A DNA stretch of 64,000 nucleotides from Octopus bimaculoides (lineage: Eukaryota): NCBI RefSeq assembly GCF_001194135.2, contig NC_068986.1:21480529-21544528 (forward strand), given 5' to 3'. A program made the position numbers and the translations under genes. Below, one piece after another: positions 63,201 to 64,000 of the stretch; the first letter of the stretch is position 1, and each line of letters starts with the position of its first letter. The notes beneath the pieces are model-generated. The model did not search any database. It saw nothing but the letters and a program-made list of their open reading frames with translations, and was not told the origin of the DNA.

Positions 63201-63391
63201 GGCCACCAGCACTGTAAAAGTATTACAAGAACCAGAACCAGATGATGAAAAAGAGGCTGAACTTATGTTGGAGAACATTGAAATATTTAATGAAATGTTT
63301 GAAAACCTACTTTACGCCGAAGCTGCAATGCATGCTGCTGTCTGCCCCAAAGGCATTTTACGCACAATGGCTACATTTCAGAGATTCAAAG
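56399..63391 (+). CDS. CLHC1: Clathrin heavy chain linker domain-containing protein 1-like; 5 coding exons in the window, gene continues past the right edge
   Basis: [28 protein letters not shown], KYVP and DEKEAELMLENIEIFNE...AA..P.GILR match remembered human CLHC1 motifs ([42 protein letters not shown]); phases are consistent. Confidence 0.85.
57140..57631 (+). mobile_element. Repeat family B with RTE-like 3' end and (GAT)n tail, young copy with internal sub-repeats
   Basis: ggaagggcatccagctgtagaaac...ccaacccatgctagcatggaaagcggacgttaaacgatgatgat; more than 15 copies in the window (e.g. 13378-13535, 19840-20090, 27230-27690, 44880-45140, 46820-47085, 48160-48640). Confidence 0.85.
58435..58622 (+). 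CDS. CLHC1: CLHC1 exon (VIEHVQNYK...YQLQE)
   Basis: 188 nt, tttcag| and |gtaagt, phase 0 to 2. Confidence 0.9.
58678..59115 (-). mobile_element. SINE family A, full length, young
   Basis: CpG-retaining copy with repeated tactctttt tail. Confidence 0.9.
59771..59910 (+). CDS. CLHC1: CLHC1 exon (LAIQRGHN...DKRVIP)
   Basis: 140 nt, ttttgtag| and |gtgagt, phase 2 to 1. Confidence 0.88.
60318..60377 (+). pseudogene. 5'-truncated tRNA-Glu-derived pseudogene, anticodon TTC changed to TTT
   Basis: TAGTGGTTAGGATT CCTGG-CTTTTAC-CCAGG CAGC CCGGG-TTCGATT-CCTGG CATGGAAA corresponds to positions 13-72 of metazoan tRNA-Glu(TTC); the 5' acceptor strand is replaced by (TA)n/(GT)n. Confidence 0.8.
60388..60738 (+). 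mobile_element. SINE family A, full length
   Basis: Head begins about 10 nt after the tRNA pseudogene. Confidence 0.88.
61293..61625 (+). CDS. CLHC1: CLHC1 exon (GITLEQSTDV...TTIDEK)
   Basis: 333 nt, ttccctag| and |gtctgt, phase 1 to 1. Confidence 0.86.
62815..62930 (+). mobile_element. Possible pogo/Tigger transposase N-terminal HTH remnant
   Basis: EKVEKIEKICDNGSFTAVGCEFEINEFTICSV resembles the K..I...L..G.S...VARE.GINESTI motif. Confidence 0.4.
63182..63391 (+). CDS. CLHC1: CLHC1 exon (DNTLYAV...FQRFK)
   Basis: 210 nt, attttag| and |gtctgt; start of the clathrin-linker-like helix. Confidence 0.86.
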
Positions 63392-64000
63392 GTCTGTTGA
63401 ATGATTTTCTACACTGCAAATGATTACCTAAGACTAACAATTTTAAGATCATTGCATTGAGTTACCAATAAAAAAAAAGTTTAAATATATACCCATGCCA
63501 GCATGGATAATGTTAAATAATTATGATAACGATGATGATTCTATGGTCCTGGTACCAAGACACTTTGGAGAATTATAGGTTATCACTGAATCTTTTCAGT
63601 TAGCCAGCCAATTTTCAAAAATTTAAAATTTATTGAAAATGTAGTTTTCCAAGCTGAATCTCAGGAGATATTTCACATTTTCTGGAAAAATTTTTTTAAA
63701 GTTATAGAGGTTTAAAGTTTGATAATTTTCACCTAGTCAGAAAATAGGATTTGGAAGCTGTCATTTTGTGTGTGACAGCATGTGTTGTCAACAAATTAAA
63801 TTGGAAAACAAATCAAATCTTGCTTTATGCCCGCCATATAACCCCTTATAATTTTTTGTATTTTTGGAATTTTCAGATAATTCTTGTGAATTTGTATTCT
63901 ACGTACAGGAATTCATGCAATTATCCAAAAATAAAACAAAAAATTTGTTGGTACATGATTTAAAGCCTATTTGGCTATTATTTTTAGCACATCTGACAGC

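Overview
AT-rich, repeat-dense animal genomic DNA with three N-gaps. The SINE/LINE families look like those of Octopus (recognised from memory, not searched). Three spliced genes were rebuilt by hand with phase-consistent GT-AG junctions. (1) ZC3H14/Nab2 (minus strand, ATG at 33777): N-terminal PWI-like domain, FIVTLDG motif and five CCCH fingers, with 15 well-supported exons down to 9565 and three candidate 3' exons (8960-8990, 5597-5712, 4515-4607). (2) PSMC4/Rpt3 (minus, 41233-53815): complete, 9 exons, 418 aa. (3) A CLHC1-like gene (plus, from 56399, running off the window), head-to-head with PSMC4 across a compact ETS/CRE promoter. Introns hold several SINE families, RTE and other LINE fragments, MITEs, a Penelope remnant with a degenerate hammerhead ribozyme and a tRNA-Glu pseudogene. 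No new biological system is proven. The best lead is the ZC3H14 3' end: a small candidate exon and its donor have a perfect 17-nt intronic complement about 180 nt upstream, two candidate exons restore frame only as a pair, and a strand-asymmetric hairpin follows the second donor. Repeat boundaries are approximate unless a TSD or TIR is given.
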